Shown: piece by piece, positions 37,179 through 45,924 of the stretch
Layout: each line of letters opens with the position of its first letter
How positions within the stretch are numbered: position 1 is the stretch's first letter
NCBI GenBank assembly: GCA_022771205.1
Contig: JALFCF010000003.1
Span: 200,085 to 264,084, forward strand
DNA from: Mycoplasmatota bacterium
GTDB lineage: Bacteria > Bacillota_I > Bacilli_A > RF39 > UBA660
Direction: 5' to 3'
DNA length: 64,000 nt
Position numbers and translations under genes: made by a program
Notes under the pieces: generated by a model
Seen by the model: only the letters and a program-made list of their open reading frames with translations
What the model was told of the DNA's origin: nothing
Databases searched by the model: none

Positions 37179-37234
37179 GTATGACAAGGTGTCATACAAT
37201 TAAACATTATAACTGACAGCTTGTCATTTGTCAA
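37179..37234 (-). promoter_or_regulatory. consensus sigma-A promoter with two TGACA-N3-TGTCA operators
   Basis: TTGACA(37229-34)-N17-TATAAT(37206-11); palindromes at 37214-37226 (in the spacer) and GTATGACA-AGG-TGTCATAC at 37179-37197. Confidence 0.85.
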
Positions 37235-37364
37235 CGAAATAATATAGTTTTATATTAATTATTTTAAATCGATTTATATAAAATACTATCTACATAAATT
37301 ATAATAAAAAAGCTTAAAAATATACAAAAAATCGTTTGAAATTAATCAAACGATTTATACATAA

Positions 37365-37994
37365 CTATTTAACTGTTCTTTTTTTCTTTTTACTACGGAA
37401 ACTACAAAAATAAAATAAAAATATAATCAAAGCTAAAATCAATAAAATTAATACAATATGAGAATATTGATTCATAATATATAAGATATCTTTCCAGTTA
37501 TTCCCTACTCGATTACCAATAATTAACAAAACTGTATTCCAAATACTAGATCCAGCAAAAGTATATAATAAAAACTTACTCATAGACATTTCACTCATTC
37601 CAGCTGGAATAGAAATCAAACTTCTAACAACAGGAATAAAACGACAAAAAAATACAGTCTTATTTCCTTTTGTATCAAACCAGCAAACTGCTTTCTCAAT
37701 ATCATTTACTTTAAGTCTTAAAACTTTACCAATCTTGCCAGCAACAATTTTTTTCAATCTATCTTTATTTAAAATCTTACCAATGTAATATAATACAATA
37801 GCACCAGCAACACTACCCAAGGTAGAAAATAAAACCATAAATGTTACTGATAATTTAGAATATGTAGTCATAAAGCCACCAAATAAAAGTACAACTTCAG
37901 AAGGTATTGGTGGAAATATATTTTCAACAAAAATTAAAAAGAAAATCCCAAAATAACCATATTGATTCATAATAGAAATAACAAACTGCTCCAT
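37365..37994 (-). CDS. DedA family protein
   Basis: ENIFPPIPSEVVL, FFCRFIPVVRSLISIPAG. Confidence 0.93.
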   Translation of the reverse strand: MEQFVISIMNQYGYFGIFFLIFVENIFPPIPSEVVLLFGGFMTTYSKLSVTFMVLFSTLGSVAGAIVLYYIGKILNKDRLKKIVAGKIGKVLRLKVNDIEKAVCWFDTKGNKTVFFCRFIPVVRSLISIPAGMSEMSMSKFLLYTFAGSSIWNTVLLIIGNRVGNNWKDILYIMNQYSHIVLILLILALIIFLFYFCSFRSKKKKRTVK

Positions 37995-38137
37995 AGACCC
38001 TCCAAAATAAAACATAACATAATTAATTATAACATATTTTTACTACAGAGAAAAATGATCAACAACTAATCAAATAGAAACAAAAAACCAATCATTAGAT
38101 TGGTCTATATAAACTTGAAAAATCAAGTAATTACAAA

Positions 38138-38214
38138 TGGTAGCCTGTACGGAATTCGAATCCGTGAATGCTGCCTTGAGAGGGCAGTGTGTTAAGCCAC
38201 TTCACCAACAGGCC
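38138..38214 (-). tRNA. tRNA-Glu (anticodon CUC)
   Basis: GGCCTGT...CTGCC-CT CTC AA-GGCAG...GGATTCGAATTCC..ACAGGCT-A-CCA cloverleaf; CCA is encoded. Confidence 0.95.
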
Positions 38215-38276
38215 ATATGTCAACAACAGTATAACTATATCATAAATAATCGCTGTTGGCAAGAAAAAAAAGAGAA

Positions 38277-38927
38277 CTATCTCTTTTTCTTATTAGAATC
38301 AAATCTTAATACCTTACTATAATAAGTATTGCTATCTTCTAAAGTTTCCAAAGTTCTACTATCAACAGTATCACATTTCTCTAGTGCCTTATCATACAAT
38401 AATCGGATAAGTAATTCATCGCTAACATTTTCAGAATAACAAATGGCTTCTTGTTGTAACATAGATCTTAAATAATCATCATTCATAGCATCTTTAACAT
38501 CAAATATTACGCTAGCTGGTCGATAAGATTTCATAGGAGCTGGCTTATTCTTAGATAAGTACCCATTAAATGGATATTCAACTGTCGAAATAGAATTCGT
38601 TTCTAAAAAATGTTTTTCTAACGAAAGTAACATATAACAAACCAACTCTGCATATTCGCTATCAATAGCAATGCTAGGGCCCTCTAAAAAAATATCCCCA
38701 CACGTTCTTTTAGTTGCTAAAGAAATACGATAAAACTCTTTGCCTTCATCATCCTGTTCTAAATGAGCCTCAGTTGTTAATTGAAAGGAATAACGATTTC
38801 CTTTATTACTAGAACATATACGATTCATAATACGATAAGAATCTTTATACTGTTGCAACCAGGCAGAACAACAAGCTGCCAAGTTGATATTTGGTGCAAA
38901 AGAAACAGCTTCTTTTGACAAACTCAT
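38277..38927 (-). CDS. hypothetical protein
   Basis: About 216-aa ORF with GGGAGAG RBS; no family recognised. Confidence 0.7.
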   Translation of the reverse strand: MSLSKEAVSFAPNINLAACCSAWLQQYKDSYRIMNRICSSNKGNRYSFQLTTEAHLEQDDEGKEFYRISLATKRTCGDIFLEGPSIAIDSEYAELVCYMLLSLEKHFLETNSISTVEYPFNGYLSKNKPAPMKSYRPASVIFDVKDAMNDDYLRSMLQQEAICYSENVSDELLIRLLYDKALEKCDTVDSRTLETLEDSNTYYSKVLRFDSNKKKR

Positions 38928-39063
38928 AATTTCACTCTCCCGGTGCATATTATATCATAAAATTAAAAAAATAAAAAGAAAAATGTCATATTTTGTAAAA
39001 AAGCAAAACAAAATACAGTACAATTCTAAGAACGTGATACACTTAATATAGGAGGATAATAAA

Positions 39064-40008
39064 ATGAAAGATTATTATGGATACAAAAATAAAATATGTA
39101 TAGTTACAGGTGCTGCTTCAGGTATTGGTAAAGCAACAGTAGAATTATTAATAGATTTAAATGCTGAAGTATATGCATTAGATATTAATAGAATAGAATT
39201 ACCAGGTATCAAAAAATTTATAGAAGTAGATTTAAATAACAAAGAATCAATAGATAAAGCCATGCAAGAAGTTCCCAGTCACATTGATTCATTCTTTGGT
39301 GTTGCTGGATTATCAGGTGCCACCACAAATTATTACAAAACATTTACAGTAAATTACATTGCCAACAAATATATTACTGAAGAATACTTAAAGAAAAGAA
39401 TGTCCTATGGAGGAACAATAGCGTATGTAACTTCAACTGGTGGACTATATTGGGATAAATACAAAGATGAATTTGAAAAATTTACTAATGCCAAAACATG
39501 GAATGAAATGATAGATATTCTACATAATCAAGCAAAAGAAGATACTTTAGGAATAATGGCCTACCCTCTTTCAAAAAGAGCATTAAACTACTATATGGCA
39601 AAACTAGCAATAGAATTAGGTCCAAAAAAAATAAGAGTTAATTCCTTATTACCAGGCAGTACAAATACAGGTATGAAAAAGGAATTTGAAGCAGAAGCTG
39701 GTGGGATGGAATCCCTAATCGCCGAAACTGGTACAGCACAACGTTTAGCAACTCCAGAAGAAATAGCAAAACCATTAATATTTTTAAATAGTGATATGGC
39801 TTCCTTCATTACTGGGCTACCGCTAATTGTCGATTCAGGAGCAAATACTATGGTAATATTAAAACAAAAGAAAGATAGAATGAATATGAAGGTTGGTTCC
39901 AAAATATTTAATTTAGGAATCATACAAAAACAATTAGCAAAACAATTGATGCCCCTACAACAAGATTCTCAAAAAGAAAGCACACAAGAAGAAACCGAAA
40001 TATTATAA
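39064..40008 (+). CDS. SDR oxidoreductase, 3-alpha-hydroxysteroid/coniferyl alcohol dehydrogenase-like
   Basis: TGAASGIG, ALDIN, VAGL, TVNY, YPLSK (YxxxK), RVNSLLPG.T.T. Confidence 0.88.
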   Translation: MKDYYGYKNKICIVTGAASGIGKATVELLIDLNAEVYALDINRIELPGIKKFIEVDLNNKESIDKAMQEVPSHIDSFFGVAGLSGATTNYYKTFTVNYIANKYITEEYLKKRMSYGGTIAYVTSTGGLYWDKYKDEFEKFTNAKTWNEMIDILHNQAKEDTLGIMAYPLSKRALNYYMAKLAIELGPKKIRVNSLLPGSTNTGMKKEFEAEAGGMESLIAETGTAQRLATPEEIAKPLIFLNSDMASFITGLPLIVDSGANTMVILKQKKDRMNMKVGSKIFNLGIIQKQLAKQLMPLQQDSQKESTQEETEIL

Positions 40009-40041
40009 AAAAAAAAACAATTAGATAATATTCTAATTGTT

Positions 40042-40464
40042 TTATTTTCCTAACATATTAAGTAAATTAATTTTAAACATATCTTTTTCTGGATGAGTTT
40101 TAGAAATCATAACACCTTTATAAGTAGATAACTCTGCACGATGACCTTCATCTAAAATTTCTTCAGGAGTAATATTAGTTAATAAAATAATATGCTTCTC
40201 TAAATATACTGTATAATGTAATATAATTTCCCCATGTACTTTAGCAAATAATTCATCAGTTGGTAATTTTAATTCATAAGTAACTGTATTAGTTTTATTA
40301 TCTCTACCAACTTCTTTACCCAAGAAATTTCCTTTTCTTAACTCTGGATAATAATTAAAAGTTAACTTTTTATAAGCAAGCATATTGTACTTACGAACAG
40401 AACGTTCTTTCTTTCTAAAATCATTTTCATCTAAATATTCAAATATATAACTTTTATTTTCCAT
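40042..40464 (-). CDS. hypothetical protein, possible RelE/ParE-like fold
   Basis: 140 aa with strong promoter and GGAGG RBS; YIFEY...YELKL...ILHYTV...IILLTNI strand pattern. Confidence 0.7.
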   Translation of the reverse strand: MENKSYIFEYLDENDFRKKERSVRKYNMLAYKKLTFNYYPELRKGNFLGKEVGRDNKTNTVTYELKLPTDELFAKVHGEIILHYTVYLEKHIILLTNITPEEILDEGHRAELSTYKGVMISKTHPEKDMFKINLLNMLGK

Positions 40465-40530
40465 AATATATTCAACCTCCCTAACTATAATACGCTTCAG
40501 TTAGAACCCCTCTATCCTTGAAGTAAACAC

Positions 40531-40559
40531 ATTATAACACAATATCTAAAAAAAGTCAA
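40531..40559 (-). promoter_or_regulatory. sigma-A promoter with extended -10
   Basis: TTGACT-N17-TATAAT with TGn immediately upstream of the -10. Confidence 0.8.
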
Positions 40560-40598
40560 ATTTTTATAAAAAATAAAAAAATAAGGAGAAATTTCTCC

Positions 40599-43046
40599 TT
40601 ATTTAGTATAAACAAATACTTCTTCCTCAGCAGTAGGATTTAAAACCATATTTTCAACTATTGCATCAGCAATTTCTTCATTAGTAGTATAAGTTTCTGC
40701 AGTAGGTTCTTCATATTCAATAAATGTCTGTCCATCTGCTTCTCCTGCAGTAAAGGTACCATCTGGTTGATTACTATAATCTGGTTGATTTTTATCAAAT
40801 TCAGCACCCGTCTCATTTTGATCAGGTAAATCTTCACCAGCACCATTTCCATCAGTAGTTACATTACCAACACTATCATTTAAATCTCCCTGACTGTTAG
40901 AATGTTCATCATCAAAATCGCTACCATGACCTAAATCATCCTCATTAACAGTACCACCTTGATTAATAGTATCATTAGCATCTTCTATTTTATCTTGGAA
41001 ATCTTGATCATCTTTAGCGATTTCATCACGTATTTCTTCAGCATTCTTATCTGCTTCTTCTTGCATATGTTGTTGATTCTTTGCTGCTTCTTCCTCTCCC
41101 TTTGCTTTATTAGCTTCATTTTCTGTATCAAATTGCTTGTTAACCGCATCTTCTGCCTGTTTTACAGCATCTTCTCCTGCCATAGCCACAGCTTTATTAC
41201 GATCAGAAATTTCAGTTTTTGTTGTTTCCGTACGATAAGTAGTACTAGATGTAGAATATGTATCTACTACTTCTGTAACAATTTCTGAAATACTACCACT
41301 TGTAACAAAATTACCATTCTTATCTAGATTAAAATGACCATTAACCCATTTTTGGAATAAATCATATTGACTAATATCACGTTTTTCATCACTAACAAAA
41401 TAAATATTATCATCAGTCAATTCTTTTACTTTAGCATCCATAAATTGTTTGTAAGTTGGGATACTCTTATCATCATCTGCTAATAAGGTGATCTGTTCAG
41501 CACGTTCAAATTCTCCTTGAGCAAATTCACATAAACCTAAATCATTAAAATAAGTAACACCCTTATTAGATAAAGTATAATCTACTTCTAAATTCTGGAA
41601 CATCATCTCTGCAGCAGCAACCATAGGAGTAACTGATAATTTATAAGATTCAATATCATCACGAGATTGAGAATGAGATATTCCTACCTCCCTAACTTCA
41701 GAACTAATAGGAAAATCTTTATATAATTCTTGATAAAAAGCCTGAACAGCATTCAATTGTTCTTGACCAGTTGTCTCTTTGCATCTTAAAAATAGTTCAT
41801 TATATTTTTGATAAAACTTTCTTCCTTCTTCAGTATTTAATAAAGAATCCAACTTAACAGGAGCATCACGAGTTTCTAAAACAAATGCACCCATCAACTG
41901 CAATGTAGCTTCTTTATAACTACTAGTAAAATCTGCTGAACTAAGTTCTTCACCATTAAACATTGCTCTAATTTCTTCTTTAGAAAAATCATTATAGGCT
42001 AAATTAATAGCATTAACTTCTTCCCAAGTAAGTGCTGCACGCACTGTGGCATGATTTGATTCAAGATATTTATTAGCAAAAGTTCCATTAAAATAATCTA
42101 AATACTTACCAACTTTAGTCATCTCAGATTGCTGAATTTCATTATTTGTAACTTGTAATAACTGATCATAAGTTAAATTATCTAATAAATCATTTTTAAT
42201 TTGTCCAGACACAAGCATTTCTTTAACTTGTTCCAAAGAAAATTCACCAGAATTAATCATATTTAAAAGCTCTTGATCAGTTAACTCTTGTAACTCATCT
42301 TGTGTCAATTGCACTTGTTCTGGTTGTGCATTTTTAGAAGCATCAGGATTTGCACAACTACCTAATCCTAAAGCAAGTGTGAACGCAGTAACAGCCGCTG
42401 CAACTCTTTTAGCAAATCCTCTTCTAATTTTAGATTTTTTCCTTTTCTTATTATTTTTTCTATCTGCTACATTCTGTTTAATATACTCCTTAGTGCTTTC
42501 TTTAGCAGACTTAGCAGTAGAAGCTACCTTATCCTTTATAGATTTTTTGTCTTTCTTTTTATCAAACTTACGAACAACATGTACAGTAAGCCAATCAGCA
42601 AGTTGTTCAATTTTACCATAAGCTCCCATAGTAATACCACCAAAAATACCAACAACTAAACCTACTGTTTTCCCAAATATTCCTTTTTCCTTCTTTTTCT
42701 TTTTCTTCTTTCTATTAAAGATAGATTTAATAGTAAATTTTTTATCTTTCTCATCTTCTTCAGAAGATGATGTAGTTGAAGAACTAGTTTTTTCTTTCTT
42801 TCTTTTTTGACCAGCATCATATTCAAATACTTTACGATAATTTTCTAAATTCTTGCTTAACATTTCTGGAGTAGTTGTGGTAATCTTAACACCTGCTCGC
42901 TTAGCTTTTTTAATAGCGTCAGGAACAGAAACTATTCGCATACGTCCATCTTCATAGAAAACAGCCGCTACTTCCCAATCAGTAGTATGATTACCAACTC
43001 GATCTCTAACAGTAAATTTAACAACATTTAAAATTTTTGAATCCAT
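40599..43046 (-). CDS. large hypothetical membrane-anchored protein
   Basis: 815 aa; Lys-rich N-terminal 210 aa, hydrophobic helix ending LGLGSC, very acidic C-terminus. Confidence 0.85.
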   Translation of the reverse strand: MDSKILNVVKFTVRDRVGNHTTDWEVAAVFYEDGRMRIVSVPDAIKKAKRAGVKITTTTPEMLSKNLENYRKVFEYDAGQKRKKEKTSSSTTSSSEEDEKDKKFTIKSIFNRKKKKKKKEKGIFGKTVGLVVGIFGGITMGAYGKIEQLADWLTVHVVRKFDKKKDKKSIKDKVASTAKSAKESTKEYIKQNVADRKNNKKRKKSKIRRGFAKRVAAAVTAFTLALGLGSCANPDASKNAQPEQVQLTQDELQELTDQELLNMINSGEFSLEQVKEMLVSGQIKNDLLDNLTYDQLLQVTNNEIQQSEMTKVGKYLDYFNGTFANKYLESNHATVRAALTWEEVNAINLAYNDFSKEEIRAMFNGEELSSADFTSSYKEATLQLMGAFVLETRDAPVKLDSLLNTEEGRKFYQKYNELFLRCKETTGQEQLNAVQAFYQELYKDFPISSEVREVGISHSQSRDDIESYKLSVTPMVAAAEMMFQNLEVDYTLSNKGVTYFNDLGLCEFAQGEFERAEQITLLADDDKSIPTYKQFMDAKVKELTDDNIYFVSDEKRDISQYDLFQKWVNGHFNLDKNGNFVTSGSISEIVTEVVDTYSTSSTTYRTETTKTEISDRNKAVAMAGEDAVKQAEDAVNKQFDTENEANKAKGEEEAAKNQQHMQEEADKNAEEIRDEIAKDDQDFQDKIEDANDTINQGGTVNEDDLGHGSDFDDEHSNSQGDLNDSVGNVTTDGNGAGEDLPDQNETGAEFDKNQPDYSNQPDGTFTAGEADGQTFIEYEEPTAETYTTNEEIADAIVENMVLNPTAEEEVFVYTK

Positions 43047-43058
43047 ATTTTATCCCCC

Positions 43059-44558
43059 TTACTTTATAGGCTTTTTATAACCAGTGTAATACCAACCGTT
43101 ATTCAACAAATCAGTATCATTATATTTACTCCACTTAGTCATAGTCTTACCAGAATCTAATAATTTTCTAGTTTTAGTACTTTGATAGCAAACTGTTCCA
43201 TATAAAGGCTCATTTCTAGTTGCAATTTCAGATTCAGTAATATAACCATAAATCGGAATTGTTTTAGTAACAATTTCTCCGCAAGAAGCTGAAACAGAAG
43301 TAGAGCTATCAGAAGAAGTATCACTGGAACTACCACCTGGGACAGTTGTAGTACTTGTCACAGAAGATAATCCGCCAGTTCCCTTCCATACATAAGAATC
43401 ATAATAATAATCAGGCAATGTTGTACAAGTTTCTTCACAATAACTATAATTAGCACCAACAAATTTATATTGAGTAGTAGCAGTATCCCTTGGAGGATTT
43501 TTATAACTTGCTCTACCATTATATACCCATCCGCCGCTAGATTGACCATTAGAAGTAATCACTTGTTGAACAACTTTATATGTTGTAGTCGTAGTTGTAG
43601 CATAAGTAGTATTATTAATAATAACATAATTATATTTAGAACATGATTTTTGAGTATAAGAACCAGTTTGTTTTAAAACCTGACGCTTTTTCTCATATTT
43701 TTTTACATAAGTACCAATTTGTTCTTTCCGATCATATCTTTGTAATTTTTCTAAACATTTAGGATCTTTATCATTACAATTATGCTCTGGTGTAGAACAA
43801 CTTGTTTTAGTCCAATTAGACCAACTTGTCCATTGAGTAAATTTAGCATCCTGATTTTTCTGATATTCATACAAATAACCTTTTATTTTCTCTGGAGGTT
43901 CAGGTTTTTCATCTCCTGGATCTGGAAGTTCAGAATCAGGATTATCAGGAGTTGTACTATTATTATTATCATCGCCATAAACAGTATCATCAACTCCATC
44001 TTTAATAGGAACAGATGACGTAGGTTTACTTAGACTACTAGAAACTCCAGTAGATTTCTTTTCACAAATATAAGTATCACAATATGTATAGCAACCTAAA
44101 TGTACTAAAATATAATCTTCTTTTTCACTGTCTTTTAAGTTAACTTTTAATAGATATTCATTTTCCATCTTTGTGATTTTAACGTAACTCTTATCCACAT
44201 CACAAGCTTTATTATTTTTATCTACTAAAGCAACAATTAATTTCTTACCAATCATATCGCTCAAAGTCATAGTATCTGACTCTCCAACTTCCTTAGGAAG
44301 TCTTTCATCTGTATAATAAGAAATAGCAGCTTCTTTCATCCTATCCAAATTATCAGCAAATATTTGAGAAGTAAGTGGTGATAAATCAACATTAGCTTCT
44401 TTCGCATTAGTGATAACCGCCGGTTGAACAAATTTAGGCAATAACCAAGCAAACAAAAAAGCAAAGACAATCACCAAAATTAACTTTATAAAAAAATCTT
44501 TAAATGGTAACCCTCTTTTTTCATACTGTTCATTATACATATTATACAAATCCCCCAT
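43059..44558 (-). CDS. hypothetical surface protein (N-terminal TM, pilin-like helix, Ser/Thr/Cys/Trp-rich C-terminus)
   Basis: TM at aa 21-42; DNLDRMKEAAISYY; WTSWSNW..C motif. Confidence 0.8.
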   Translation of the reverse strand: MGDLYNMYNEQYEKRGLPFKDFFIKLILVIVFAFLFAWLLPKFVQPAVITNAKEANVDLSPLTSQIFADNLDRMKEAAISYYTDERLPKEVGESDTMTLSDMIGKKLIVALVDKNNKACDVDKSYVKITKMENEYLLKVNLKDSEKEDYILVHLGCYTYCDTYICEKKSTGVSSSLSKPTSSVPIKDGVDDTVYGDDNNNSTTPDNPDSELPDPGDEKPEPPEKIKGYLYEYQKNQDAKFTQWTSWSNWTKTSCSTPEHNCNDKDPKCLEKLQRYDRKEQIGTYVKKYEKKRQVLKQTGSYTQKSCSKYNYVIINNTTYATTTTTTYKVVQQVITSNGQSSGGWVYNGRASYKNPPRDTATTQYKFVGANYSYCEETCTTLPDYYYDSYVWKGTGGLSSVTSTTTVPGGSSSDTSSDSSTSVSASCGEIVTKTIPIYGYITESEIATRNEPLYGTVCYQSTKTRKLLDSGKTMTKWSKYNDTDLLNNGWYYTGYKKPIK

Positions 44559-44607
44559 CCAATATATCTGACTTTATGCTAACACTTAACCGATACAAAG
44601 TCAAGGT

Positions 44608-44865
44608 TTAGTGTTCTTTCAAATCAACAATTGTTTGACCACCATTAAAAATATCAAGTCGAGCATCTAAAACATAATTATTATGCTTTAAAACTTGTTG
44701 AGTAGTCTTTCTTAATATACCACTTCCAACACCATGGATAATAATTACTCTTTTTTCTTTCATAATATAACAATCACGAATAAAATCATTTATCATAATC
44801 CTAGCATAATCACGATCAAAACCATGTAAATCTAAAGTAGGACACCTACTATATAAGTTCATCAT
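44608..44865 (-). CDS. stand-alone Smr domain protein
   Basis: TLDLHG, IIHGVGSGILR, NGGQTIV. Confidence 0.9.
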   Translation of the reverse strand: MMNLYSRCPTLDLHGFDRDYARIMINDFIRDCYIMKEKRVIIIHGVGSGILRKTTQQVLKHNNYVLDARLDIFNGGQTIVDLKEH

Positions 44866-45742
44866 AACTTAACACTTCCCAAAGTTCAGGAATAGAAAAT
44901 CTTGCACCTACCCTAGTAACAGAAATAGCTGAAGTAATAGAAGCATAATGAATAGTATCACGTAGCGAATATCCATTCCCTATAAAATATGTAAATGCCC
45001 CATGAAATATATCACCAGCTCCAGTAGAATCAACTGCTTGTACTTTTACAGTAGGCAAAATTTCATAGTCTTCGATTTTTGTAAAACTTCCTTTATCCTC
45101 TAATGTAATTACTACTGTATTTTGAAAATATTCATGTAATTTTTCATAACAATAAATCAAACTATCCCTATCATTAACGTCTATTTTTCTATTAGCAAAT
45201 TCTTCAGCAAAAGTCTTAGAACAAACAACATATTTCACTAACTTTCCAAGACGCTTAGTATCATCAGTAAGCCTACCAGCATCTATTACACTAATAGCAT
45301 CAGGATTAGCCTTTAAAACAGCTTCAGCAGTTTCTGGATGTTCTCCATCTATTAAAATTAAATCAGCATGTATATCACCACTATGATTTAATCTACGAAT
45401 AGGATCTTTTTTCGATGTAATAATGGTTCTACTACCATTAGATCTATTAGCAATAATATAACTACTAGAAGTCATATGATTAGTATGTATTTCAATGCAA
45501 TCAGTAACAGCACCAACTTCTTGAAATTCTTTTACTATTTGCTGCCCATAATAATCGTCTCCAACAGCAGACATAATTGTAGTATCCATTCCCCACTTCG
45601 CCAATAAATAAGCCCCATTAGAAGCAGGGCCACCACCACACTCAATATGATTATTTATTCTATACTTTAAATTTTCAGTAGGATAAGAATCCATAGGTAA
45701 AGTTGTATCATAAGTAGAATGACCAACACACACAGCCTTCAT
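44849..45742 (-). CDS. PfkB family carbohydrate kinase
   Basis: GGGPASN, AVGDDYYG, VDSTGAGDIFHGAF. Confidence 0.92.
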   Translation of the reverse strand: MKAVCVGHSTYDTTLPMDSYPTENLKYRINNHIECGGGPASNGAYLLAKWGMDTTIMSAVGDDYYGQQIVKEFQEVGAVTDCIEIHTNHMTSSSYIIANRSNGSRTIITSKKDPIRRLNHSGDIHADLILIDGEHPETAEAVLKANPDAISVIDAGRLTDDTKRLGKLVKYVVCSKTFAEEFANRKIDVNDRDSLIYCYEKLHEYFQNTVVITLEDKGSFTKIEDYEILPTVKVQAVDSTGAGDIFHGAFTYFIGNGYSLRDTIHYASITSAISVTRVGARFSIPELWEVLSYDELI

Positions 45743-45924
45743 AAAATCACCTCAATATTCTATAAATATTATAGCAAAAAGATATCTACTTTTCAAAAAA
45801 AATATCCTATTTAATTAAAATATAAAAATTTATAATTTTATACTTTAATAAACAAAAAGAAAATTTCATTTACACAATGAAATTTTTCTACATTTATTAC
45901 AACTAATTTCCTATTAATCACTTT

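Noticed and set aside
40495-40523. preQ1-I riboswitch
   Set aside because: Has AGAGG..GTTCTA but no complementary CCTCT strand or A-rich tail, and the downstream gene is not queuosine-related
2758-43046. Basic C-terminal tails on orphan proteins as a shared secretion signal
   Set aside because: At 3234 and 38277 the Lys/Arg codons come from A-rich terminator stems overlapping the gene end, and at 9930 from an A-run abutting the terminator; AT bias explains the rest
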